A DNA stretch of 63,561 nucleotides, the filler included, from Basidiobolus ranarum (taxonomy: Eukaryota): NCBI GenBank assembly GCA_040143965.1. It is 40 parts of 40 records of this genome, joined end to end, with 100 filler letters (N's around TTAATTAATTAA, not from the genome) between each part and the next. Parts side by side here need not be neighbours in the genome. Positions count along the whole stretch, not along the records: positions 1 to 1,500 come from JASJQH010011877.1; positions 1,601 to 3,099 come from JASJQH010011878.1; positions 3,200 to 4,697 come from JASJQH010011879.1; positions 4,798 to 6,295 come from JASJQH010011880.1; positions 6,396 to 7,893 come from JASJQH010011881.1; positions 7,994 to 9,491 come from JASJQH010011882.1; positions 9,592 to 11,089 come from JASJQH010011883.1; positions 11,190 to 12,686 come from JASJQH010011884.1; 32 more parts are not named here. The stretch is one strand, 5' to 3'. Shown in pieces: positions 1-11,690 of the stretch (position 1 is its first letter; every line of letters starts with the position of its first letter). The notes under the pieces were generated by a model. It was not told the origin of the DNA and searched no databases. It saw only the letters and a program-made list of their open reading frames with translations. The translations under genes were made by a program, and so were the position numbers.

Positions 1-479
1 ACCTAGATGAGTGGATATTGATGGGAGTCCTGGTAAAATATGATGGTATCTTGATGTTATAAAGCATATTACCAACTAATTAAAACTTTGATCCTATCTC
101 AAATGGCTCATTCATATTGGATTTGCCACTATATAGCTGAGTAATATTAATGGACAGTTGTTGAATAGTAAGTGCATAGTGCCAAATGGGAAGCTCTGGC
201 TCCAGCTGATCCTCTGGAGCAATATAATCTTAGGCTTATGGCAAATACCAAGTTTGATGTCAGACTTACAATTTGGTGATTTAATATCAGTGATCATGTT
301 TAAATCTGACTGGGCTCTTGATGGTAAAATCATGGAGTTTAGTTTTGTATTTGGATAGTAGTAATGCAATGCCTGACAGAGTAAAATCCATGGATCTGAC
401 AAAAGCTACAGCAAGATAGTGCATTGTACCTGCAAAAACCTCCAAGTATACTGATGGCAGGAGTGTCACCAACACATAC
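1..479 (-). mobile_element. CACTA/EnSpm (Tnp2-family) transposase fragment, decayed
   Basis: Minus-strand translation with frameshift gives GDTPAISILGGFCRYNALSCCSFCQIHG...YYP and SWSQSFPFGTMHLLFNN, matching fungal Tnp2 motifs GDxPA..GHN..CRFC and FPxDxMH. Paralogous to 38680-39150. Confidence 0.75.
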
Positions 480-690
480 TGTCATGACTTGGATGTTGGC
501 ATCCTCATCCACTGCAAATACAACTCTTCTATTATTAGATTATGACAGCATATCTGATGTACCATCTCTTTTGGGCAATCTTGTGTTAGTTCATCCAGGT
601 TGTCTTATATGGAAGTAATATTCTTTCCAACATTCCACAAAACCTAACCAATAATGTCATCCCATGCATATTGTATTTCTGCAAAGACCT
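480..690 (+). mobile_element. 5' part of Ty3/gypsy LTR family C, inserted in the CACTA and cut by a copia LTR
   Basis: Starts TGTCATG and matches the reverse complement of the LTR at 29330-29864. Confidence 0.75.
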
Positions 691-1500
691 TGTTGAAGTT
701 TATTGTCTTTATCATATTTTTTAGCTCTATCATTATACACCTAACTATTACATATATCACATATAAGTTAGTTAACAATACTTAGTGAAATTTCACTTAA
801 CTAAAAACTGGAACATATACTCTATATTGATGTGAATAATATGAGAATTAGCAATTCTATATTGGAAATTTCAAACTCATTCAAATTACCCCAAAAATAG
901 TTCATTTTACTCTCACAGATGTTCTGAACACAACCCCAGTGTTAGTTTTCTGTTTATACACCAAAATGTATAAATGCTTTACTTCTGGACAACAAGTAAT
1001 TAATTTCACAAAGCTATTCACAACTCAACTTTTCTAAAGTTCCACCAAACAGCCCATATTTTCCCAATAGGTTATGAGCCCCATGCTCTAACCTTTGCAG
1101 CATGACAGAACCACTACAACCACTTTTATTAACTCAAGTGTTGAAAAGCCTGATGGAAAAAATTACAATTTCTGGAAGTTCAAGATGCAAATCATGCTGG
1201 AATACAAGGAGCTTTGGGATGTAGTCTCTGGAGATGATAAGCAACCTTTGGACCCTTCTTTACTGGAAGCTCATAAGAGAACAGACAAGAAGGCCTTCAA
1301 TGTCATATGTCAAAGTTTGTAGGATTCACAACTTGTGAATACTCAATATACAAAGACTTCCCATCAAGCTTGAAGTATATTGGAAGAGTGTTATGAAGCA
1401 AAGAGTCTTGCTAATAGACTCTTTCTCAGAAGAAAATTCTTCAATATAAAGATGGAAAAGTCTGACAGCATGGTTACTCATATTGCAAATGTGAGATCTT
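691..1500 (+). mobile_element. Ty1/copia 5' end: LTR family A (691-1069), PBS (1070-1081), decayed gag
   Basis: TGTTG...CCAATA LTR, then GGTTATGAGCCC, then gag motif DGKNYNFWKFKMQIMLEYKELWDVV with in-frame stops downstream. Confidence 0.9.
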
Positions 1501-2139
1501 NNNNNNNNNNNNNNNNNNNNNNNNNNNNNNNNNNNNNNNNNNNNTTAATTAATTAANNNNNNNNNNNNNNNNNNNNNNNNNNNNNNNNNNNNNNNNNNNN
1601 AATGTCACTTTCAACCTATTGGTTCTTGTTCATTTTTCTTCAAAACAAAGCACTTGTACAGTTACTTGCACTTCATCTTAATTGATTATTAAAGTTATTA
1701 TGAATTCTCTTGGAGTCATTAGTTGTACTCTTAATGAATGTCTCACCCAAACAAAGAAAAGGTAGGAGAAAGCAAAAGTGGCTAATCGTAGAACCAAAGT
1801 CAATGTCACAAACTAATGAGCACAATGGCCTAAATACCTTAATGGAGTACCACAACGTGAATTTGTTATTGGGTCGGAGGATTAGATGAAAAACAGGATT
1901 TAAGTGCATTAAATATCTTATCTATAACTGCTGTATTATCAATACAGACGCCACTAAACTGGGATTCCTGTGCTTTCCAGCAGCATACTACGAGGCAAAA
2001 GATAACATCAGGTATGGCCAAGACTTATTCAAGTGGACCCTGTCAATCCAAGTATTATCATCGAATAAACATTAAATCTTGACAAGTATGCTGTGAATGG
2101 GCAATACATGGTAAGCCATTGTTGTGTGCGACCTGTGAA

Positions 2140-3099
2140 ACTTTAATGAAGGATACGGTTCCAAGAAATGACGGGTATGGAAAACACTTGAATGAAGAGC
2201 CTACAAAGTGCTAAAAACGGTTGAAAAATGACAAAGGGTATAATGGCATCAAACGATGGTTATGGAAAACACTTGAAGGACAGTATAATGTAGTGCTAAA
2301 GACCACCGATAAGTGAGAAAGAGTATAGTGCCAAGAAAGAATGGGTATAGAGAGCACTTATAGAAGAGTTCACAAAGCAATACTGACTACCAACAAATGA
2401 TGAAGAGTATGATACCTAGAAATAATGGATATGGGAAGTGTTTAAGGCTGCGTTGACAAAGTGCTAAAGGTGCCTGGCAAACTACAGATAGTATGGTATC
2501 ACGTAATAACGGGTATGGGAATCATTTAAATAAAGTCTGCAAAGCTCCAACGACTACTGACTAATGACGAAGAGTATGATTCCAAGAAACAAGAGGTGTG
2601 ATAAACATTTAAAACAGACCTTACGGAGTGCTAACGACTACTGACAAATGACAAAGGGTATGGTGGTAACAAACAACATGTATGGGAAACACTTGAAGCA
2701 GAGTCTTCGAAGTGTTAAAGACTACTGACAAATGACGAAGGGCATGGTGATAACAAATGACGGGTATGCAAAATACTCAAAGGAAAGTCCACGCAGTTCT
2801 AAAGACTGCTGGAAGACAACAAAGGGTATGGTGCCAAGTAAGAAGCGGTAGGCGAAACACTTGAAAGAGATATACAAAATATTCAAGACTGCAGACAGAT
2901 AACAAAGGGTATGGTCCAAAGAAACGGCATGTATGCTTAACACTTGAAATAAAGTCTAAGCAGTGCTAACAACTGATGACAAATGACGAAGGGCGTGGTG
3001 CCAAGAAAAGAGCGGTATTACTAAGTGTCAGGAAAAGAGTGGTATTGAAATCACCTCACGGAGAGTCTACAAAATGCTAAAGACTGCTGACAAATGACA
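2140..3099 (+). repeat. Diverged tandem satellite, about 84-bp unit, about 11 copies
   Basis: GGGTATGG(G/A)AAACACTTG-like anchor recurs at about 2173, 2258, 2343, 2427, 2511, 2594, 2678, 2762, 2845 and 2929. Confidence 0.9.
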
Positions 3100-3199
3100 N
3101 NNNNNNNNNNNNNNNNNNNNNNNNNNNNNNNNNNNNNNNNNNNTTAATTAATTAANNNNNNNNNNNNNNNNNNNNNNNNNNNNNNNNNNNNNNNNNNNN

Positions 3200-4697
3200 A
3201 AATCTTGTCCAAAACACTTCCAAATCCCTTAAACACTTTTATCAGGTTATGAGCCCCAAGCTAGCTGTTAAAGGAATGTCTACCAGTACTATTACCAAAG
3301 TTTTTGCATCCACAGAGAAGTTTGATGGTGAAGACTTTCACCTTTGGAAGTTCAAGATGCAAATGGTGCTAGAAGACAAGGACCTTTGGGGATTTGTTAC
3401 CGGAGAAGAAATAGAGCCAAAGGGACCACCAGAAGCTATCCTTGCCTTTCACAAGAAGCAGTGGAAAGCACTCTCTACACTTTGTCTACATCTCAGAGAT
3501 TCTCAATTGAGGCATATACAATCAGCCAAAAATGTCCAAAATGCTTGGGAAACACTTAAGGGACTATATGAGACTAAAAGTCAGGCTAATAGGCTATATC
3601 TTTGGCAAAAATTGTTCACAATTTAGATGAATTCTGATGATCCTATGCTTAATCATATAAATTGGATAAAAACTATGGCAGATCAGCTCTCATCCATTGG
3701 AGCACCTCGAAATGAAGATGACTTAGTCATGACACTACTTAGGAGCCTGCCAGATGAGTTTGGGAACCTCATAATTGCCCTAGAATCACAATCTGAGCAA
3801 TTAACCATGGAATATGTTGGTGCTAGGCTTTTGAATGAAGAAATAAGGAAATCTAATTCTAAGCAAAATAATGCAGAATAAGCATTTTTTGGAGCTGTAA
3901 AATGTCCAACAGGCTTCAATAATGGTGCCCCTATTAGGTAATATATCATCTGCAGGTATTGCAAGAAACCAGGCCATTTAATCAAAGATTGCAGAAAAAG
4001 GATTTTTGCCAAAAAGCTAAAATTGGCACAAGCAAATCCAGTAAGCATGGATAGAGATCATCTATTTATGTCTGCCCCATCAGTAACCACTAAAGAAGAA
4101 TCAGAAACATGGTACATCAATTCAGGAGCTTCCCAGCATATGTCAAACAAGAAAGATTGGTTTTCCAACTTAAAACCAATCCAAACAAGGAAAGTCTACT
4201 TGGGTGATGACAATGCACTAGATGCAGTTGGTAAGGGCACAGTTAAACTCAATTGAGACCAAAATTCTGCTGCACCATCTGCAAATTAGACAATGTACTC
4301 TATGTACCAAATATAGCCAAGAATCTACTCTCAGCAAGCCAAGCAACAACTCAAGGATAAAATTTTGTGTTTAGTAAGGCTGGATGCCTTATCACAGATC
4401 AGAATAATACCAAATTAGCTACTGGGATCAATACCCAAAACTTATACAAGCTGGAATTTGACAAATTGCATATGGAGCATGCAAACATGGCCAAGACTGA
4501 TGAAATACATTGTCAAGCATGGCATAGAAGATTAGGCCATATTGAGGAACTAAAATTAACCCAAATGATCCAAAATCAGCATGTATCAGGCTTAGTAATT
4601 GGAAATATCATCAAATTGGATCTGTGTGAAGGTTGCACAGATTGAAAACATCACTGACAGCCGATTTCAAGCTCTGGAGAGATCAAATCCACCCAGA
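3200..4697 (+). mobile_element. Ty1/copia 5' half: LTR family D end, PBS, gag, zinc knuckle, protease, GAG-pre-integrase (pseudogenised)
   Basis: PBS GGTTATGAGCCC at 3245; FDGEDFHLWKFKM; CRYCKKPGHLIKDC; WYINSGASQHM; WHRRLGH; several stops. Confidence 0.95.
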
Positions 4698-5528
4698 NNN
4701 NNNNNNNNNNNNNNNNNNNNNNNNNNNNNNNNNNNNNNNNNTTAATTAATTAANNNNNNNNNNNNNNNNNNNNNNNNNNNNNNNNNNNNNNNNNNNNATT
4801 AGTATTTAAGCTAAATAAAGTCCACACCATCTGGTGCTTTTCATCCCCGCTAACCCCAACTATAAATTAATAAATTAGTAATAAATTCAAATTATTAAAT
4901 ATCTCAGAAATTTCACATAATTCATAAATATTACAAATATCCAAAAAGGCTGGGTTATAATATTGGAAACAGTGTCTTTTCCTCAGATATGTCAAAGGTC
5001 TGAGATCTGACCATTAGAAAACTTGGGCAAGCCCAATTCTTCCTATATGCTAGTAACTTGAGTGTATTGTGACAGAAGGGTGTACATGGGGGATGCAATC
5101 CCCCATACCCACTGCTTTCTTGTTATACTGACCCCTTCTTTTCATCCATACCCTCCCTTATCTTTACCACAATATCTATACCCTAAGCCTACCCCCTTTG
5201 CCCCTTAACACTATATTAACATCCTCAGAATTTAATTACATTGAACATCAAGTTAAGTATGGATATGATTTAGTATCATCACAATATTTAAAAGATTGAT
5301 GTCTTATATGTCATTTTGTTTGTATTACAATATAAGCTAAATAAATTCCATACCACCTGGTGCTTTTCACCTGCCTAATACAATTTAAGGGACACCAAGC
5401 TGGTACATATAATTATTGCTCAAATTCAATTCTTGTTAACCTGACTGTGTATTCTTGAACAATAAAAATGCACCTCAATGGTACATTCCCTGTCACCTAG
5501 AAGAACAAATCCAAAGGGATTCAAATAA

Positions 5529-6257
5529 CTAGATGAATATAAGAAATTTGTAGGCAATGTAGAAAGATAAAATAGCAAGACCAAGGTTGATCAGATTGCA
5601 CTCCCATATCGTAAACATATCCAGACCATATCGAACTAAAGCTTGTTCACCAGTACGAAAACAAATAGCAGCTTCAGGTCCCTCCTCCAGGCAAGAAAAT
5701 TTGAGACCGGTAAATTCATTCACACTAATTGCTTGTGTAAGGTAACCAACGGAGGAAATATAGCGAATCCATCTGAAATAGACAGGAATATCGTTGTTAT
5801 TCAGCACTCCTCCTCCAAATACCATTAAAGTCTGCATAAAGAATCTCGAAGGTAAATTATAGTCCAAAAGGAATTAGAAAATACTGGAGATTCCAAAAAA
5901 GTGGCACGATACCATAATAATAATTTGAGCAGCCACTTGTCCTATCCGCACAAACTCAATATCATGTCCAAGAACAAGACCAAGCTCAATAACAAGACCA
6001 ATTCCTAGCGCAGCCAGGACTTGGAACAAGTTTGCAGTTATATACAGAAAGTATTTCGATGCACCATATTGTAAATGTACCAAAAAATACACTATGGTAT
6101 TGAAGATAATGGTCGACACAAACAGAAGCGGAATTTCACTGACTAATTTTGCTAAGAAGAAGGAAGAGACTCGATAACTTCCAGCCTTTCGCTCTCTAAT
6201 CAAGACTCTACGTTGATGAGCAAATGTACCAACAAGAGGGAGTACGATACTAAAGGT
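5529..6257 (-). CDS. ABCG-family transporter, last two exons (ABC-2 membrane domain)
   Basis: RERKAGSYRVSSFFLAK and IPVYFRWIRYIS...NEF motifs. GT-AG intron 5912-5832 joins QIIIM to TLMVFGG in frame. Upstream acceptor AG at 6259-6258. Confidence 0.9.
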
Positions 6258-6395
6258 CTAATTTTAAAAAATGAGCTCAGCTCTCCTAGTGTGGANNNNN
6301 NNNNNNNNNNNNNNNNNNNNNNNNNNNNNNNNNNNNNNNTTAATTAATTAANNNNNNNNNNNNNNNNNNNNNNNNNNNNNNNNNNNNNNNNNNNN

Positions 6396-7893
6396 ACTAA
6401 GTCCACAGCAACAACAACAGCAGCACCACCAGATGCAGAAGATGTTAGGTCAACCATCGCAACAGTTGGGTCAAAATGTACTGTCTGGTGGACAAACACA
6501 GCAGTTATCTAGTTCACAGGTGGGTGCACAGAAAAACCAACCTAATCAAGCAACCAATCCTAATGTGAACACGCTTCGATTAAATTTAACTGCAAAGCCG
6601 AATTCACCAGTGATTAACACTACTTCGGTGACTAGTCAACATCCACAGAACCCAAATCCAGGATTCGGTGGACAAAATGTTTTTTCCCCTTCTCAAGCTA
6701 ATGCCCAACTCCCTGGAAATCAAATGAATATTGGTGATCATAATGCACAAACTTCCCAATCCCAAAACCCGCAAATGCAGGCTGGCGCTGGCGCTCCCGG
6801 TATGAGACCTGGTGCTACGAACCAAGTCATTTTGCAGCAAATCATGCATGGACTTGGCTTTGCGGGACGGGATATCAACTCTTTGAGTCCTAACGAGAAG
6901 GTAAACATCAGTTTAAACATTCCATTTTCAACTGGTTCTGACATGGTTCTTATCGTAGCAAATGATCTTGGCATTTATGAAAAAACCTCAAATCATGCAG
7001 CAACAAATTGCCGCACAGATGCAAAGACCGGGAGGGTAGGTGTTTTTGACATCTTTTTTGTCTGGTTGTTGTAGGTGACTTAATTTATTCTTCACATCGA
7101 TAGTGCTATGCCAGGTATGAGCGGAATGACCCCAGCTCAAATGGCTTTACAACAACAACAACAACAGCAGCAGGGTGGACAACCAGGCATGATGTCTCCA
7201 CCAACGATGGTTTGTAACATGGATCTTATTTCACCTACATGCCTACTTCTATCTTAACATGCATGCACTATTTCTATTTAGAATGCGGCGTTGGCAGCGT
7301 CTATGAGTGCTACTGGCTCACCACCTGATCCAAAAAGACCGCGTCCAAACTCCATGGGGCCCACATCACTCTCTGGATATTCCCCTATCATGGGACAAAA
7401 TGCTAATGCAGTCTCCAATGGGCCTCCTAATGTTGGACCTAACATGAATATGGCACAGTTTATTGGTATTACCGAGATTCACGGCTCTTAACATGAATTA
7501 TAATTGGTTATCTAACTTGACTTCTTCAAAGCAAACAATCCTGGACAAAATCCCAATCAAGCGCAACTCTTAGGGAAAGGCTGGCCACAGAATTTATCTC
7601 CACAGGTTGGTGGTTTGGCTTGTTTATACTTGAAATATTTTCCGATAATTAATCATCTCGAATATCCTTTTAGCAACTTCAAATTTTGCAAAGAAATATG
7701 TTGATGCAACAGCAACAACAACAGCAGCAAAATAATATGATGATGGGCGGTCAAAATATGCAACAAGCAGGTGCGGCCGGTAATATGTCCCCTCAAAATG
7801 CTGCCATGATGGGTGCAAATATGGGTAATATCAATCAAATGATGATGCAACAGCAGCAGTATATAAGAATGCAACAACAGAAGATGCAACAAG
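6396..7893 (+). CDS. Internal part of a Q/N/M/G-rich low-complexity protein, probably a nuclear regulator
   Basis: Five GT-AG introns (6901-6958, 7036-7103, 7210-7281, 7466-7531, 7606-7673) give one open frame with polyQ tracts and an NLS-like PDPKRPRP. Confidence 0.8.
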
Positions 7894-7993
7894 NNNNNNN
7901 NNNNNNNNNNNNNNNNNNNNNNNNNNNNNNNNNNNNNTTAATTAATTAANNNNNNNNNNNNNNNNNNNNNNNNNNNNNNNNNNNNNNNNNNNN

Positions 7994-8234
7994 AGATGTA
8001 AACAAACTAACATGTAGAATATGTTAAGGAAGGTCCCAGGAACATGTGTGCAAAGTTTGGGGCTTCTAGCACAAGTTTGAAAAATCTATATATCTGAGAA
8101 CTTCCAAGTTGGTAAAAATATTCTAAGTAAATTCCAATTGAGAATAATTGATAATATCTTAGTGAGTTATAAGATAACTAAGTACTAAGCTATATATTTA
8201 CTATATAGGTGTTTAGGCAATGCTAATTTCAACA
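7994..8234 (-). mobile_element. Copia LTR family B, partial
   Basis: Ends GCAATGCTAATTTCAACA, as do many other copies in the window. Confidence 0.9.
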
Positions 8235-9349
8235 CTATTCTCTTTTCCCTTATATCAGATCATATGGCCAATCACATGATCATTATCCAATCAGTATTAA
8301 CCTCTGAGTCATCTGCCTAGACACAAGTCAATATGAGTCACAAGATTCATAACCAAGGATCTTTCACTGCCAAGACTTCAGCAGATGCATGACTCACTTA
8401 TTGATCTATCTATCTATCCAATTACATTCTCTTTCATCAGAATTAGTCATCTAGTATTTTGGTACCAACAAATTCACTTTGCTATCAAAAAGTATAAATA
8501 AAGCTAGCTGAACCTTTTGGTTTAGTGTGTGTCTCAATGAATATAGAATCTTATCACATCTCAGTGTTTCTCAACAAATTCAATATTCCCTTCTCATTTC
8601 TATCCAAGCCTAGTATCCACAAGCACCTAGAGAACACCAAGCCTAGCTGCCTAGCAAACCTATTCTCTATCGTAACATAGCAACCCACTGCTATTCCTAA
8701 GACTTGTATTAGTTGGATCTGCTCTGCTGATATATCCTGCCTAAACAGTTCTAAGATTCTGCACTTAACTGTTTCTTTGGTTCAGTAAAGTGCAAGACTT
8801 TTTATCCATTTTTCTCTTTGGACAAAACATTTTTTTTGACTTGGACTGTTCAACCAAAATTGCCACTGTCAAAGATAAGAAGCAATCAACCAACCACCTT
8901 GATACTATTGAAGTACCCTTAAAACATAATGGTCACCAATACATAGCACTCTTGGATACTGGATCTACCAACTCTATTCTCTCACCCACAGTAGTAGAAG
9001 AACTCAATTTGGAAACAGAAAAACAACCTTGAAAAATTATTCTTGCAGCCAAAGATGTTTCTGCCCCAAGAATAGGAGTCACCAACTGTGTCAATATTCA
9101 ATGTGGAAATTCTGAAATTTCACCCCCCATGGAAGTCATGAATATCCATCATGGACCATTAGTTGTTATTGGTCCAGATATATTCTCTCAACTTGGCTTC
9201 AATATAGGAAGACTACCAGCCTCTTGTCCTGGATTCACCAAATCTCTACCAACTGATACTGGTCACAAACCGGAAGTAATATCAGAAAATCCTGAACAAG
9301 AAGAATTATCACCTTCCTTCCAAGCATATGCCTACTCTGTCAAAGTAGC
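8235..9349 (+). mobile_element. Ty3/gypsy LTR family E (to 8829), T8 run, then aspartic protease; gag absent
   Basis: LTR matches the reverse complement of 9646-10240. Protease motif YIALLDTGSTNSIL. Confidence 0.85.
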
Positions 9350-9491
9350 TGTCATGATAAGGAACTGGACAAGGACTGGAAACAACAACAAGAGGCTAGA
9401 AGGCAGGAGAGTACTTGGGTGTAGACCACAAGACAAGACAAGACAAGGAAGATACTTTGGCAAGAATCTTTATTGATAACTGGCATTGATC
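9350..9491 (-). mobile_element. 3' end of LTR family C
   Basis: TGTCATGATAAGGAACTGGAC matches 29330 onward. Confidence 0.85.
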
Positions 9492-9645
9492 NNNNNNNNN
9501 NNNNNNNNNNNNNNNNNNNNNNNNNNNNNNNNNNNTTAATTAATTAANNNNNNNNNNNNNNNNNNNNNNNNNNNNNNNNNNNNNNNNNNNNGCATTGGAA
9601 ATCAATAGAAGATGAGATGGTACTGTTGGGTAAAGCATTGGTGCT

Positions 9646-11089
9646 TGTTGTGTCCAAGAGAAAAGTTGATAAAAAGTCTTGAACTTTACTGAACCAAAGA
9701 AACAGTTAAGTGCAGAATCTTAGAACTGTTTAAGCAAGGTATATTAGCAGAGCAGATCTAACTAATATACATATTGGGAATAGCAGTGGGTTGCTATGTT
9801 ATAGTAGGGAGTAGGTTTGCTAGGAAGCTAAGCTTGGTGTCCTGTAGATGTTAGTGGATACTAGGCTTGGATAAAAATGAGAGGGGAATATTGAATTTGT
9901 TGAGAAACACTGAGAAGTGCTGTGATCCTATATTTGTTGAGACACACACTAAACCAAAGGTTCAGTTAGCTTTCTTTATACTTTTTGATAGCAAAGTGAA
10001 TTAGTCAGTGCCAAGATATTAGATGACTAATTCTGATAAAAGAAAATTTGATTGGATAGATAGATAGAGAGATAAGCGAGTCACGTATCAGCTGAAGTCT
10101 TGGCAGTGAAAGATCATTGGTTATGAGCGTTGTGGCTCATATTGACTTGTGTCTAGGCAGATGACTCAGAGGTTAATACTGATTGGATAATGATCATGTG
10201 ATAGGTCATATGATCTGATAGAAGGGATAAGCAAATAGATAGTTAGTCAGGTGATAGGTCACATGATAAAGTCACTGGATAAGGTCAGGTGACTAGTTAG
10301 CAAGAATGATAAACTAAACAGATATTCATGCAAGTTGTATAGATATGGCGTAAGTTAAACAACTTTGTATGTTGGTGCACAACATCATTCCCTCCCTGGA
10401 TGAGGACTCTTCTTAGTAGATGATCCTCTACGTTTCCAATATTGGTCAATGATAGAGATATCATCAAAGTGGCTATAGGGCTCCCAGGTGTTGTGTTTGG
10501 CATCGTAACCTTTCCACTTGACTAAGTAAAGGCAGTTGGGTTCTTCACCATCATGATCAACTATGGCTTCTACTTCATATGATTCTGTAGATATTGGATC
10601 TTGAGAAATAAGCTTAAGGGAAGATGGTGGAAAGTTCTTGGGTAGTAAGGCTCCAGTGTTGTCTTGAAGTATGTAAGATCCTCCAGTGGTTCTTCTGATA
10701 ATCTTGAAGGGACCTTCATACTTGGGATCAAGTTTGGATTGGCGGATGGGATCTAAAGTCATGACAAAAGAACCTTCAGGAAAACTAGTGGTCTTGTGCC
10801 TAGAAGTGTGCTTAGATATCATCTTCTGTTGACTACTTTGGCTTCTTGAGTTGATTTCAGGGTAGACTATATCTGTCAGAAATTGAAGGCATTTTACCAG
10901 GTCTCCAGTGTTAATTGGTTTGAGTAGAACATGTTGATAGCTCTGTAGTGGGTTGAACATTCTTCCAAACATGAGTGAGAATAGAGTGAATCCATAGAGT
11001 GCAGAAATCTTGGTGTTGATAGCATATTGAACCATTGGGATTGACTTGGCCCAATTCTTCTTGACTCCTTTGATAGATTTACGGATTAT
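9646..11089 (-). mobile_element. Chromovirus 3' end: integrase C-terminus, GPY/F, chromodomain (10385-11089), PPT and full 739-bp LTR-E (9646-10384)
   Basis: KLDPKYEGPFKI; YEVEAIVDH...YLVKWKGY...NTWEP; PPT GGGAGGGAA; LTR termini TGTTGTG...CACAACA. Confidence 0.95.
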
Positions 11090-11189
11090 NNNNNNNNNNN
11101 NNNNNNNNNNNNNNNNNNNNNNNNNNNNNNNNNTTAATTAATTAANNNNNNNNNNNNNNNNNNNNNNNNNNNNNNNNNNNNNNNNNNNN

Positions 11190-11690
11190 GATGTCGAGAA
11201 TTTTTTGTAGCTGCTCCAATACATTTAAAATATTGATCAATGATTGAGATATCATCATAGTGGCTGTAGGGCTCTAAGGTATAGTGTTTGGCATCATAAC
11301 CTTTCTACTTCACCAAGTAAAGGCAATTGAGTTCTTCACCATCATGCTCAACTATGGCTTTTACTTCATAGGATTCACTATATATTAGATCTTGTGAAAT
11401 AAGTTTCAGGGAGGATGATGGAAAGTTCACAGGTAGTAAGGCTCTGGTCTTATCTTGAAGTATATAAGATCCTCCAGTGGTCCTTCTGATGATCTTGAAG
11501 GGACCTTTGTACTTGGGATCAAGTTTGGATTGGCAGATGGGGTCTAAAGTCATGACAAAAGAACCTTCAGAAAACTAGTGGTCTAGTGCCTGGAAGAATG
11601 CTTAGAAATTATCTTCTGTTGACTATTTTTGCTTCTTGAGATGATTCCAGGGTAGAATATATCCATTAGAAATCAAAGACATTTGACTAT
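11190..11690 (-). mobile_element. Second, more decayed copy of the same integrase/chromodomain
   Basis: KLDPKYKGPFKI...YEVKAIVEH...YLVK* (W codon changed to stop). Confidence 0.9.

Noticed and set aside
1545-1556. Regularly spaced TTAATTAATTAA as a biological repeat or CRISPR-like array
   Set aside because: Always centred in N runs; it is a six-frame stop linker. ORFs ending in X...LIN or X...N are artefacts of it.
2140-3099. CRISPR array
   Set aside because: The whole 84-bp unit repeats with diffuse divergence; there are no unique spacers and no cas genes.
4845-5210. Telomeric repeats (CTAACCC, CCCTAAG)
   Set aside because: Isolated single units, no tandem array.
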